Origin: an uncultured Clostridia bacterium
GTDB taxonomy: Bacteria; Bacillota; Clostridia; Oscillospirales; CAG-272
Length of the DNA stretch: 64,000 nt
Reading direction: 5' to 3'
Assembly: GCA_947631765.1 (NCBI GenBank)
Contig: CANRMP010000001.1
Coordinates: forward strand, 139,587 to 203,586
The notes under the pieces are model-generated. The model searched no databases. It had not been told where the DNA came from and worked only from the letters and a program-made list of their open reading frames with translations. The translations under genes were made by a program, and so were the position numbers. This document shows, one piece after another, positions 47,180 to 55,505 of this stretch; position 1 is the first letter of the stretch, and each line of letters begins with the position of its first letter.

Positions 47180-47784
47180 TGAACAAGGAAAAGTTTCTTT
47201 CGGCAATTGAAGCAAGACTTAACGGTCTGCCTTTGGGAGATACAAAGAAGGCTCTTGATTATTACAGTGAGCTTATTGAGGACAGAATGGAGGAGGGAAT
47301 GAGCGAAAATGAGGCGGTCGCCTCTTTGGGGAATCCCGACGAGGTCGCAAATCAGATACTTATGGACATGCCCCTTCAAAAGCTTGTGGGAAAAAAGGTA
47401 AAACAGCGTCGCAGTCTCGGCGTTCTTGCGACGGTTCTTCTTATTATTTCTTCCCCGATGTGGGTTCCGCTTGTATTGGCGGCACTTATAGTTGTCGCGG
47501 CGGTCATAATATCAATCTTTTCGATTTTTATCGCCTTTTATGCGGCTGTAATATCAATGGGAGCCGTTTCGCTTGCTGGGATAGCTACCTTTCCCATTCT
47601 GCTTGTACACGGCAATATCGGTCCGTCGCTTTTTATGCTGAGCGCCGCCTTTATTATTGCCGGAGCCGCCATATTCATGCTTATCGGCGTCAATCGCCTT
47701 ACGCTTTTATTTATAAAGCTGTTAAAGCTCATTTTTGTCGGAATTAAGAGTCTCATTGTCGGAAAGGGGAGTGAAAAAGCGTGA
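47179..47784 (+). CDS. DUF1700-type membrane protein (PadR-associated sensor-like partner)
   Basis: FLSAIEARLNGLPLGDTKKALDYYSELIEDRMEEGMSENEAVASLGNPDEVA is the characteristic N-terminal helical domain. TM helices follow. Confidence 0.75.
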   Translation: MNKEKFLSAIEARLNGLPLGDTKKALDYYSELIEDRMEEGMSENEAVASLGNPDEVANQILMDMPLQKLVGKKVKQRRSLGVLATVLLIISSPMWVPLVLAALIVVAAVIISIFSIFIAFYAAVISMGAVSLAGIATFPILLVHGNIGPSLFMLSAAFIIAGAAIFMLIGVNRLTLLFIKLLKLIFVGIKSLIVGKGSEKA

Positions 47785-48818
47785 AAAAATCCACAAAGAT
47801 ATCAATGATCGTCGCCACGTGTCTTATAGCGCTCGGAGCTTTAATATTTTTTGCGGCGTTTGTTGTTTTTGATTTTGATATTTCAAGGTTTTCGACCGAT
47901 GTGGAATACGAAAATGTGACTTACGTTATTGAGGATGAATTTACAAGTATTGAGGTCGACGACATTGAAAGCGATATTAATATCTATCCCACTGAGGGAA
48001 AATGCACAGTCGTCACAAACGAGTCGGAATATATTAAAGATACTGTCGAGGTCGAGAACGGCAGACTGATAATAAAGCGCCAAGATACGAGAAAATGGTA
48101 TCAGCGTATTCAAATAAGCTTCTCTTTTACCGAGGAGGTAACCCTTTCACTTTACCTGCCAAAAAGCGAATACGAAAGTCTGAAGCTGAAAGCGGTGAGC
48201 GGAGATATTACCGTTCCGGAGGGCTTTACATTTGTTGACACCGACCTTATGACTACAAGCGGGGACATTAATTTTTCGGCGGTGTCGCAAAGCATAACCA
48301 CATTAAAGAGCACAAGCGGAAATATAAACGTTGAAAACACAGTCGGCGGGACTGTCAGGATAAAAGCCACAAGCGGAGATTTGAAAATATCAAGCTGCAA
48401 GGCTCAAAATTTGAATGTCGAAACATTAAGCGGTGAAATAAGGCTTACTAATGCTGAGCTCGGCGCCCTGAGCCTTAAAACCACAAGCGGAGATATGAAT
48501 CTAAATAACTTAACCTTGTCGGGAAACATAAGCTTTAATACCACAAGCGGCGAGGTTGAGCTTTGCGAGGTAATTGCCAAAGGTGAGCTTGAAATTGAGG
48601 CTGTAAGCGGGGACATTGATATTGAGGACTCCGACGCCGCCTCAATTGACATAAAGACAGTCAGCGGCGACGTACGCGGAACTCTTCTTTCTCCGAAAAA
48701 TTTTATCTACAGCACTACAAGCGGAAACGTACGTGTTCCCGCGTCAAGCTCCGAGGCGGGAGAGTGCAGGGTTAAAACCACAAGCGGAGATATAAAACTC
48801 AGCTTATCGGATAAATAG
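47781..48818 (+). CDS. DUF4097-type beta-helical repeat protein (LiaG-like), N-terminal TM anchor
   Basis: 345 aa. About 10 repeats are built around SGDI/SGNI/SGEI every ~18-20 residues. 4-nt overlap with the upstream gene. Confidence 0.75.
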   Translation: MKKSTKISMIVATCLIALGALIFFAAFVVFDFDISRFSTDVEYENVTYVIEDEFTSIEVDDIESDINIYPTEGKCTVVTNESEYIKDTVEVENGRLIIKRQDTRKWYQRIQISFSFTEEVTLSLYLPKSEYESLKLKAVSGDITVPEGFTFVDTDLMTTSGDINFSAVSQSITTLKSTSGNINVENTVGGTVRIKATSGDLKISSCKAQNLNVETLSGEIRLTNAELGALSLKTTSGDMNLNNLTLSGNISFNTTSGEVELCEVIAKGELEIEAVSGDIDIEDSDAASIDIKTVSGDVRGTLLSPKNFIYSTTSGNVRVPASSSEAGECRVKTTSGDIKLSLSDK

Positions 48819-48826
48819 AATAAAAT

Positions 48827-48859
48827 AAGGCTGTTGCATTTTTCTCTTGCAACAGCCTT
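48827..48859. terminator. Bidirectional terminator between convergent genes
   Basis: Stem AAGGCTGTTGCA / TGCAACAGCCTT (12 bp) with loop TTTTTCTCT. Confidence 0.8.
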
Positions 48860-48878
48860 GTATAATTTGTTCGAATAT

Positions 48879-49763
48879 TTAGTTAATTCCGAGGATTGCC
48901 GCAAGGCGGTTCTTTTGTGCGGCGCTTTTATACGCTCCCTCATAATCGCCGATGGTTTTACAGCTGTACTCAAGGTCGGAATAAATAGAGTACCTGAACG
49001 GCGCGTCGCTTAACCCCTCGTCAAACGACTCGACTATTTCGGAAAGCAGTGTGCGAGCGCGGGCATGGTTGGAGGACGCCATTGACAGTCTTGCGTGGAT
49101 GTGTTTTTTTAGCAGAGGATTTGAAATTTTCATCTGGTCAAAGACCTGCGCCGCAAGCTCGTGCTTGCCGATGCGGATAAGCCGAAGAAGAAAGTCGTAT
49201 ATTAAAGCCTCGTGCGCTTTCTGCGCAAAACCGTTTTCGGGCAGAGTGACGTTTTCGGTAAATTTGTGCTGCTTTACCCGCCGACACTTATTTATTTCAT
49301 AATCTATCGCCTCGGACAGTGCACATTCGACCGGAATATATGAGAGGTATTCCTTCGCTTTTTCAAAAAGAGAGCAGGCGGCGGTAAAGTCTCCCGCCTC
49401 ATACATTTTTTTGCCCTCAAGGAGCGATGAGGAGGCAAAATAGAGCGCAAGCTCAATGTCAGGTGTTTCGCACTTTTTCGAAAGCTCAAGACAACCCGAA
49501 AAATCCTTGTCAAAATAGAGCTTTCGCACCTTGTCAATTATTCGCAGCTTTATAAATGGCGTCGGGTCGTCTGTCTCGGAAATAAAATATCCTGCGTCTA
49601 TATCAAGCTTTTTTGCAATGTAATCGAGCGTTGCAAGCGAGGGAAGCGCGGAGCCGTTTTCAATTTTGCTCAGCATATTTCTCGTTATGAACTCACCGCA
49701 CAAATCTTTTTGCGTAAAGCCCCTGTCAAGGCGTACTTTTTTTATTTTTTCGCCTGTTGTCAT
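48879..49763 (-). CDS. XRE-type HTH regulator with a C-terminal TPR-like helical domain (RNPP/Rgg-like architecture)
   Basis: N-terminal IKKVRLDRGFTQKDLCGEFITRNMLSKIENGSALPSLATLDYIAKKL, followed by about 220 aa of helical repeats. Confidence 0.8.
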   Translation of the reverse strand: MTTGEKIKKVRLDRGFTQKDLCGEFITRNMLSKIENGSALPSLATLDYIAKKLDIDAGYFISETDDPTPFIKLRIIDKVRKLYFDKDFSGCLELSKKCETPDIELALYFASSSLLEGKKMYEAGDFTAACSLFEKAKEYLSYIPVECALSEAIDYEINKCRRVKQHKFTENVTLPENGFAQKAHEALIYDFLLRLIRIGKHELAAQVFDQMKISNPLLKKHIHARLSMASSNHARARTLLSEIVESFDEGLSDAPFRYSIYSDLEYSCKTIGDYEGAYKSAAQKNRLAAILGIN

Positions 49764-50296
49764 AAAGAAGAATCCTTTGCGAAAATGCTGTTTCCGTTGC
49801 TGTCAATACCCACGTAAAGCGGAAAATCCTTGATTTCCATACGCTTTACCGATTCACAGCCAAGCTCCTCAAAGGCGATAACCTCGGCAGATTTAATGCA
49901 GGAGGCGGCAAGAGCTCCCGCGCCTCCGACAGCGCACAGATAAATACCTCTGTTACGCACAATAGCCTTGTAAACCTCCTTTGACCTGTCCCCCTTGCCT
50001 ATCATGCATTTAAGCCCGAGATCAATCAGGCGCGGCGCGTAAGGGTCCATACGCGACGAGGTGGTGGGACCGCAGGAACCCGTCGGCATATTTGCTTTTG
50101 CGGGGGTCGGACCGGCGTAATATATTGTGCTGTTTTTTATTTCAAAGGGAAGAGGCTTGCCACTGTCAAGCAGTGCGAAAAATCGCTTGTGTGCGGCGTC
50201 TCTTGCCGTATATATTGTGCCGGAAAGGTATATAAGCTCTCCCGCCTTCAATGTTCCGACCCAGCTTTCTATATCGGATGTGTTAAGTTTTTTCAT
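49760..50296 (-). CDS. Fe-S type hydro-lyase beta subunit (class I fumarate hydratase / L-tartrate dehydratase C-terminal domain)
   Basis: 178 aa. Motifs LSGTIYTARDAAHKR, YYAGPTP, GSCGPTTSSRMD, MIGKGDRS and LCAVGGAGAL. Confidence 0.88.
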   Translation of the reverse strand: MKKLNTSDIESWVGTLKAGELIYLSGTIYTARDAAHKRFFALLDSGKPLPFEIKNSTIYYAGPTPAKANMPTGSCGPTTSSRMDPYAPRLIDLGLKCMIGKGDRSKEVYKAIVRNRGIYLCAVGGAGALAASCIKSAEVIAFEELGCESVKRMEIKDFPLYVGIDSNGNSIFAKDSSL

Positions 50297-50481
50297 TGCG
50301 GTCTCCCATTAAGTACTATATTTATTTGTATTGTATCTCACAAGTGTTAATAAATTGTGAATTTGAGAGCAAACAATTGATAATATGACAAAATTGTGAT
50401 ACTATAAACAAGGTATAATTAATTTTATAAAATAAATATAGTATTTAAAAGGGTATTTTGAGAAGAAAGGAGTGAAACGTT

Positions 50482-52692
50482 CTGAGGGATAACAGCAAAA
50501 TAAGCGATGAGATTTTAGAGCTTCTGAGAGCCAAAGGCATAGAACAAAGCGACATACTTTCCTTTGCCTGTCTTGACCTTGACGACAGAGAAATATATAG
50601 TGACGGCTATCTGATTTTAACCGCAAAAAAGCTTATAAGGTTTTTCGGCTATGAATATACCGAATATCCGGTCGAAAAAATCGAAAAAACCGACGTGGAG
50701 GAGCTTATTTCCTGCTGTCGCGCTTTTGCGCGCATTGACGGGAGGGATGTGCTTCTTTCCTACTTTTCGTTTTCCGCAAAGAACGACGTGTATAAGGTGG
50801 CGCACACCTTTGAGAAGCTCAAGAACGGGGAAGAATGCAGGGATTTTCCGGATGAGGCTTATTGCCCCAAATGCGGAAGAAGATACGCCGACGCTTCAAG
50901 AAAATTCTGCCCGAACTGTATGGACAGAGGGAAAATAATCGTCCGAATGAGCGGATTTTTCTTAAAATACAAGTTTAAAATGCTGATAATACTCGCAATG
51001 CTGGTGCTTATGAGCGCGCTTGCGGCAATAACCCCTTACATAACCTCGGGCTTTTACTTTGACGAGGTGCTCAGCAAGGAAGGCTCCTTTTACGGAATGA
51101 TCACCTTTGTCCTTGCCATAATAATATCGCTTCGGGTTTTCAGACTGCTTGTCAATCTGATTAACGATATAGTCAGCACCCGCATATCCGCGCAGATAGT
51201 GAACGATATCAAAAAGACTATCTTCAAGGCGATAGAGCGCCTTTCGGTCAGCTTTTTCACCTCGCGCTCTACAGGCGGACTTATGAATCAGGTCAACAAC
51301 GATTCAAACAGAATCTATTGGTTCTTTGTGGACGGTCTTCCGGTTATTATAATAAATGCGGTGCAGTTTATAACCGTGTTTATTATCATGATGTGCATAA
51401 ACCCGCTTCTTACCTTGCTTTCGCTTTTGATGGTGCCGGTTGTGGCAATTCTCATAGGCAAGCTTTTCAGGCACAGTCAGAAGCTCCATTTCAGGCGGTA
51501 TTCAAAGGAAAGGTCGATGAACGGTCTGCTTTCTGACCTTCTTACCGGTATTCGGGTTGTCAAAACCTTCTCAAGAGAAAAGAACGAAAGCGCCCGCTTC
51601 GACAGGGCAAGCACCTCTCTTGCAAGAGAGAGCAAGAGAGTTTCAACCTTCGGCTCCACCGCCTTTCCGATGGTCAACCAGCTTGTGTATATCGGAGTCG
51701 TCGTGGTTTGGGGCTTTGGCGGATTTATGATAATAGACGGAAGCTTCGGGCTTACATACGGAATGCTTTTGACCTTTATCGCATATATCGGCATGATATA
51801 CGACCCGCTTTACACCTTTGTCAATATGATGCAGTCAGCTTCCGAAAGCTTTAGCGCAATGAGCCGACTTTTTGAAATAATGGACGCCATGCCCGAGGTC
51901 AAGGAGTCCGAAAACCCCGTCCATAAAGCCGAGTTTGAGGGACGGGTCACCTTTCGGGACGTGAAATTCTCATACGTGAAAAATCGCCGCATCCTTGACG
52001 GTATAAGCTTTGACATCGAGCCCGGGGGAGCCATTGGGATAGTCGGTCATACGGGAGCGGGAAAAAGTACCATTGCAAACCTGCTTATGCGCCTTTACGA
52101 CGTCGAAGAGGGCGAAATACTCATCGACGGGGTAAATATAAAGGATTACGCCTTTGAGGACCTGCACCGCAATATTGCTATTGTGTCTCAGGAAACGTAT
52201 CTGTTTTGCGGTACCATAATGGAAAACATAAAGTACGCCTGCCCGGACGCTACCAAGGAGCAGGTCATGCAGGCGGCAAAGGCGGCGGGAGCACATGACT
52301 TTATCATAAAGCTTCCGGACGCATACGAAACAAAGGTAGGCTTTGGATACAAGGACCTTTCGGGAGGTGAAAGACAGCGCCTGTCAATTGCAAGAGCATT
52401 GCTCAGAGACCCCAAAATTTTGATTCTTGACGAGGCGACCGCCGCAATGGATACCCAGACCGAGCGAATGATACAGGACACTCTTGACAGCCTTGCAAAG
52501 TCGCGCACCACAATAACCATAGCTCACCGACTTTCAACGCTGAGAAGCGCGGATTATCTTATCGTTATAAAGGACAAAAAAATGCCCGAGTTCGGCACTC
52601 ACACCGAGCTTATAAAGAAAAAGGGAATATACTACACACTTTATATGCTTCAGCTTGAAGCGCTGAAAAACGCCGGTATCGCCGAAAACTGA
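50482..52692 (+). CDS. ABC exporter half-transporter (TMD-NBD) with an N-terminal zinc-ribbon domain of about 150 aa; start codon uncertain
   Basis: NBD motifs GHTGAGKST, LSGGERQR, ILILDEATAAMD and IAHRL, with a 6-TM exporter TMD. The N-domain carries CPKCGRRY...CPNCMD. The frame is open from 50476 and the homology to the paralogue starts near 50500. However, the first ATG/GTG/TTG in frame is the GTG at 50695. A CTG at 50482 lies 9 nt after the SD AAAGGAG. Confidence 0.7.
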   Translation: MRDNSKISDEILELLRAKGIEQSDILSFACLDLDDREIYSDGYLILTAKKLIRFFGYEYTEYPVEKIEKTDVEELISCCRAFARIDGRDVLLSYFSFSAKNDVYKVAHTFEKLKNGEECRDFPDEAYCPKCGRRYADASRKFCPNCMDRGKIIVRMSGFFLKYKFKMLIILAMLVLMSALAAITPYITSGFYFDEVLSKEGSFYGMITFVLAIIISLRVFRLLVNLINDIVSTRISAQIVNDIKKTIFKAIERLSVSFFTSRSTGGLMNQVNNDSNRIYWFFVDGLPVIIINAVQFITVFIIMMCINPLLTLLSLLMVPVVAILIGKLFRHSQKLHFRRYSKERSMNGLLSDLLTGIRVVKTFSREKNESARFDRASTSLARESKRVSTFGSTAFPMVNQLVYIGVVVVWGFGGFMIIDGSFGLTYGMLLTFIAYIGMIYDPLYTFVNMMQSASESFSAMSRLFEIMDAMPEVKESENPVHKAEFEGRVTFRDVKFSYVKNRRILDGISFDIEPGGAIGIVGHTGAGKSTIANLLMRLYDVEEGEILIDGVNIKDYAFEDLHRNIAIVSQETYLFCGTIMENIKYACPDATKEQVMQAAKAAGAHDFIIKLPDAYETKVGFGYKDLSGGERQRLSIARALLRDPKILILDEATAAMDTQTERMIQDTLDSLAKSRTTITIAHRLSTLRSADYLIVIKDKKMPEFGTHTELIKKKGIYYTLYMLQLEALKNAGIAEN

Positions 52693-52725
52693 GCCGGGTC
52701 TAAACGTTAAAGAAAGGCAGAAAAC

Positions 52726-53247
52726 ATGGCAGTAACAATAAACAACGTTGTAAAGATTATATACCTGACAAAAGAAAATGCCGCCTTTTACAAAAGCGGG
52801 GATTTTATAGGTATGCGATATACCGACGAAGAGGGCAATGAGAGCGACTGCGGCAGAGTGTATTTTCACAGACTTTTCCCCTATACCGAGCTTTGGACAA
52901 ACATTTCGGTTATGGATAAGGACTCGCAGGAGTTCGGAATCATTGCAAATATCGATGATTTTGAAAAGGAAGATTCCGAGCTTATAAGAAAAGAGCTTCT
53001 TGCAAAATATTTTGTACCGAAAATAAAATCAATCCTTACGCTTAAAGAAAAGCTCGGCTATTCAAGCTGGACGGTTGACACCGACGCTGGAGTCGTCACC
53101 TTTACGGTAAGGGATACCTTCCGCTCGATGATAAGAATAGGGGAAAGCCGCATATACGTTATTGACAATGACGGCAACCGATATGAAATCGAGAATTACA
53201 ACAAGCTTGATAAAAAATCGTATAAGAAAATAGAGCTGTATATCTGA
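52726..53247 (+). CDS. DUF1854-like small cytoplasmic protein sandwiched between the two ABC genes
   Basis: 173 aa. Strings FHRLFPYT, FGIIANIDDF, KYFVPKIKSI, WTVDTDAGVVTF and VIDNDGNRYEIENYNKLDKKSYKKIE match my recollection of this family. Not verified by HMM. Confidence 0.6.
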   Translation: MAVTINNVVKIIYLTKENAAFYKSGDFIGMRYTDEEGNESDCGRVYFHRLFPYTELWTNISVMDKDSQEFGIIANIDDFEKEDSELIRKELLAKYFVPKIKSILTLKEKLGYSSWTVDTDAGVVTFTVRDTFRSMIRIGESRIYVIDNDGNRYEIENYNKLDKKSYKKIELYI

Positions 53248-53294
53248 TATACCGTAAAACGGGACAAAAAACAGCTTTTGCGGCGGGAGATACT

Positions 53295-55496
53295 GTGACT
53301 GAATACGAATATAAAATTTTTGAAAAAATAAAACATTTGATACCGGATAAAGCCGAAGAGCTGCCCGAGGCAGTTCTTACATACGACATATCCGGCGAAA
53401 AAATAATAAGCGACCAAATGGCTGCCGTGTTTTATAAGGATTCATATTTCCTTGTTGAAAACGGCAGGGTCTCGCTTTGTGAAAAAATATTGCCTGATGA
53501 CAGGTTTGAAGCCCGTATGCTTATGGGGTGCGTTCAGCTTGAGCACAAGAGAGAGGAGAAGGCAAGGCTTGTCTGCCGCTCCACCCTAAAGCACAAAACC
53601 GAGTTTTTTGTGATAACGGCAAGACTTTGCGCAATACTTGAAGGCAGAGAGTACAAAGAAGACCCCTCCCAAGCCATGCGCTTTTGCGTCAAATGCAAAA
53701 GACCGCTCTCAAGGGACATCGAAGGGGACAGATGTCTGCGATGTATGGACAAGAGCAAGTATGTAAAGCGGCTATGGGAAATAATGAAGGGCAGCAGGGC
53801 GTACCTTTTGCTGTCGATAGTGCTGTTTTTTGTGGTAACCGGAATTAATCTTATCGCCCCGCAGATTCAAAGAGTGCTTGTGGACGATTATATAACCCCG
53901 AGAAACAAGGATATTCTCCCCTTTGTGTTCATCGTTATTTCGATGTTCGGCATCAATTTGCTTTCAAGACTTATCGAAATACTTCGAAGCAGGATTCTTA
54001 TAAAGGCTAACACCGACGTTATAACAAGACTGCGCTCCACCGTTTTTGAAAAGGTGCAAAAGCTTTCGGTCGCAAGCGTTTCAAGGCGCACCGCTGGAAA
54101 CATAATGCACAGGGTCACGGGGGACACAACCACCATTCAGAATTTTATGACAAATGAAATTCCCGGCTTTATTCAGCAAGCGCTGATGTTTATTGCGGTG
54201 GCAATAATTCTTTTTGCCTATGACTGGAAGCTTGCCCTTCTGATAATTCTGCCGATGCCGCTTGCAATTGTCGCTCACAGGCTTTTCAGGAGTAGAACAA
54301 GAAAGATGTATCGGCGCCAGTGGCAGGTGGGAGACCAGGTGCAGACTCTGCTTCACGATATCTTTTCCGGAATCAGAGTCGTCAAATCCTTCGGAATGGA
54401 GTCTTATGAAAACCGGCGCTTTGAAAAGGAAACCGATGAAGAATGCAGAATAAGAATAAGAAACGAGCGCTTTTTCGCAATTTTTTCGCCGGTCGTCAAT
54501 TTCCTTATGGGAATGGGCGAATTTGTCCTGCTTTACTATGTGGGAAATAAGGTGATAGGCGGCGAAATGTCGCTTGGCGAAATGGCGGTATTTTCAACAT
54601 ACGTCAGCCTAATCTACGGACCTATGCGAATTTTTGCCAATATCACAAGACAGCTGACAATGCTTATGGTGGCAGTCGCGCGGGTTTTCGAGATAATTGA
54701 CGAAAAGATAGACGTTGACGACGCTCTGGGCGCTGTCAATGTTAAAATCAAGGGAAATATAGAGCTTTGTCACGTGTCGTTCGGCTACGACGAGTCAAAG
54801 GAGGTCCTTCACGACATATCTCTTTCGATAAAGCCCGGAGAGATGGTGGGAATTGTCGGAAGGTCAGGAGTGGGCAAGTCGACGCTTATAAACCTTGTCA
54901 TGCGAATGTATGACGTGACCGACGGCAAAATACTTATCGACGGGCACGATATTAAAGACATTTCTCAGGAATGTCTGCGCTCGCAAATAGGCGCGGTTCT
55001 TCAGGAAACCTTCCTTTTCAGCGGTTCGATATACGATAATATCGCCTACGCAAAGCCGGATGCGGACAGGGAAGAGGTAATACGCGCTGCAAAGCTTGCA
55101 GGCGCACATTCGTTTATTATTAAGCTTCCCGACGCCTACAACACTTATGTCGGCGAGAGGGGATATACGCTTTCGGGCGGGGAAAGGCAGAGAGTTTCAA
55201 TTGCAAGAGCCTTACTGCACGATCCGAGAATACTCATTTTGGACGAGGCGACAGCCTCTCTTGACACCGAAACGGAAAAGCAGATACAGGACGCGCTTGC
55301 GAACCTCATAGCCGACAGAACCACAATTGCAATTGCGCACAGGCTCTCAACGCTGAGAAACGCGACAAGGATAGTCGTGCTTGACGGCGCGGGTATTGCC
55401 GAGGTGGGTACTCACAACGAGCTTATGAGCAAAAAGGGAATATATTACGGACTTGTCATGGCGCAAAGACAGATGTCGAAAATGCGTACCGAGTAA
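53295..55496 (+). CDS. ABC exporter half-transporter (TMD-NBD) with an N-terminal zinc-ribbon domain, paralogue of 50482..52692
   Basis: 733 aa with a GTG start after GGGAGA. The N-domain has CVKCKRPL...CLRCMD. NBD motifs GRSGVGKST, LSGGERQR, ILILDEATASLD and IAHRL. Confidence 0.88.
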   Translation: MTEYEYKIFEKIKHLIPDKAEELPEAVLTYDISGEKIISDQMAAVFYKDSYFLVENGRVSLCEKILPDDRFEARMLMGCVQLEHKREEKARLVCRSTLKHKTEFFVITARLCAILEGREYKEDPSQAMRFCVKCKRPLSRDIEGDRCLRCMDKSKYVKRLWEIMKGSRAYLLLSIVLFFVVTGINLIAPQIQRVLVDDYITPRNKDILPFVFIVISMFGINLLSRLIEILRSRILIKANTDVITRLRSTVFEKVQKLSVASVSRRTAGNIMHRVTGDTTTIQNFMTNEIPGFIQQALMFIAVAIILFAYDWKLALLIILPMPLAIVAHRLFRSRTRKMYRRQWQVGDQVQTLLHDIFSGIRVVKSFGMESYENRRFEKETDEECRIRIRNERFFAIFSPVVNFLMGMGEFVLLYYVGNKVIGGEMSLGEMAVFSTYVSLIYGPMRIFANITRQLTMLMVAVARVFEIIDEKIDVDDALGAVNVKIKGNIELCHVSFGYDESKEVLHDISLSIKPGEMVGIVGRSGVGKSTLINLVMRMYDVTDGKILIDGHDIKDISQECLRSQIGAVLQETFLFSGSIYDNIAYAKPDADREEVIRAAKLAGAHSFIIKLPDAYNTYVGERGYTLSGGERQRVSIARALLHDPRILILDEATASLDTETEKQIQDALANLIADRTTIAIAHRLSTLRNATRIVVLDGAGIAEVGTHNELMSKKGIYYGLVMAQRQMSKMRTE

Positions 55497-55505
55497 AAGT
55501 AAAAT

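Noticed and set aside
48836-48871. An 11-codon ORF (MQQPYFILFIR) just downstream of the HTH-TPR regulator, considered as an RNPP-type pheromone gene.
   Set aside because: It lies entirely within the bidirectional terminator hairpin, has no SD, and is shorter than known precursor peptides. It is most likely fortuitous.
50402-50626. A 74-aa minus-strand ORF in the region upstream of the first ABC gene.
   Set aside because: It overlaps, in antisense, the open frame that is homologous to the paralogue's N-domain. Its composition is Cys/Arg/Phe-rich, and it has no SD.
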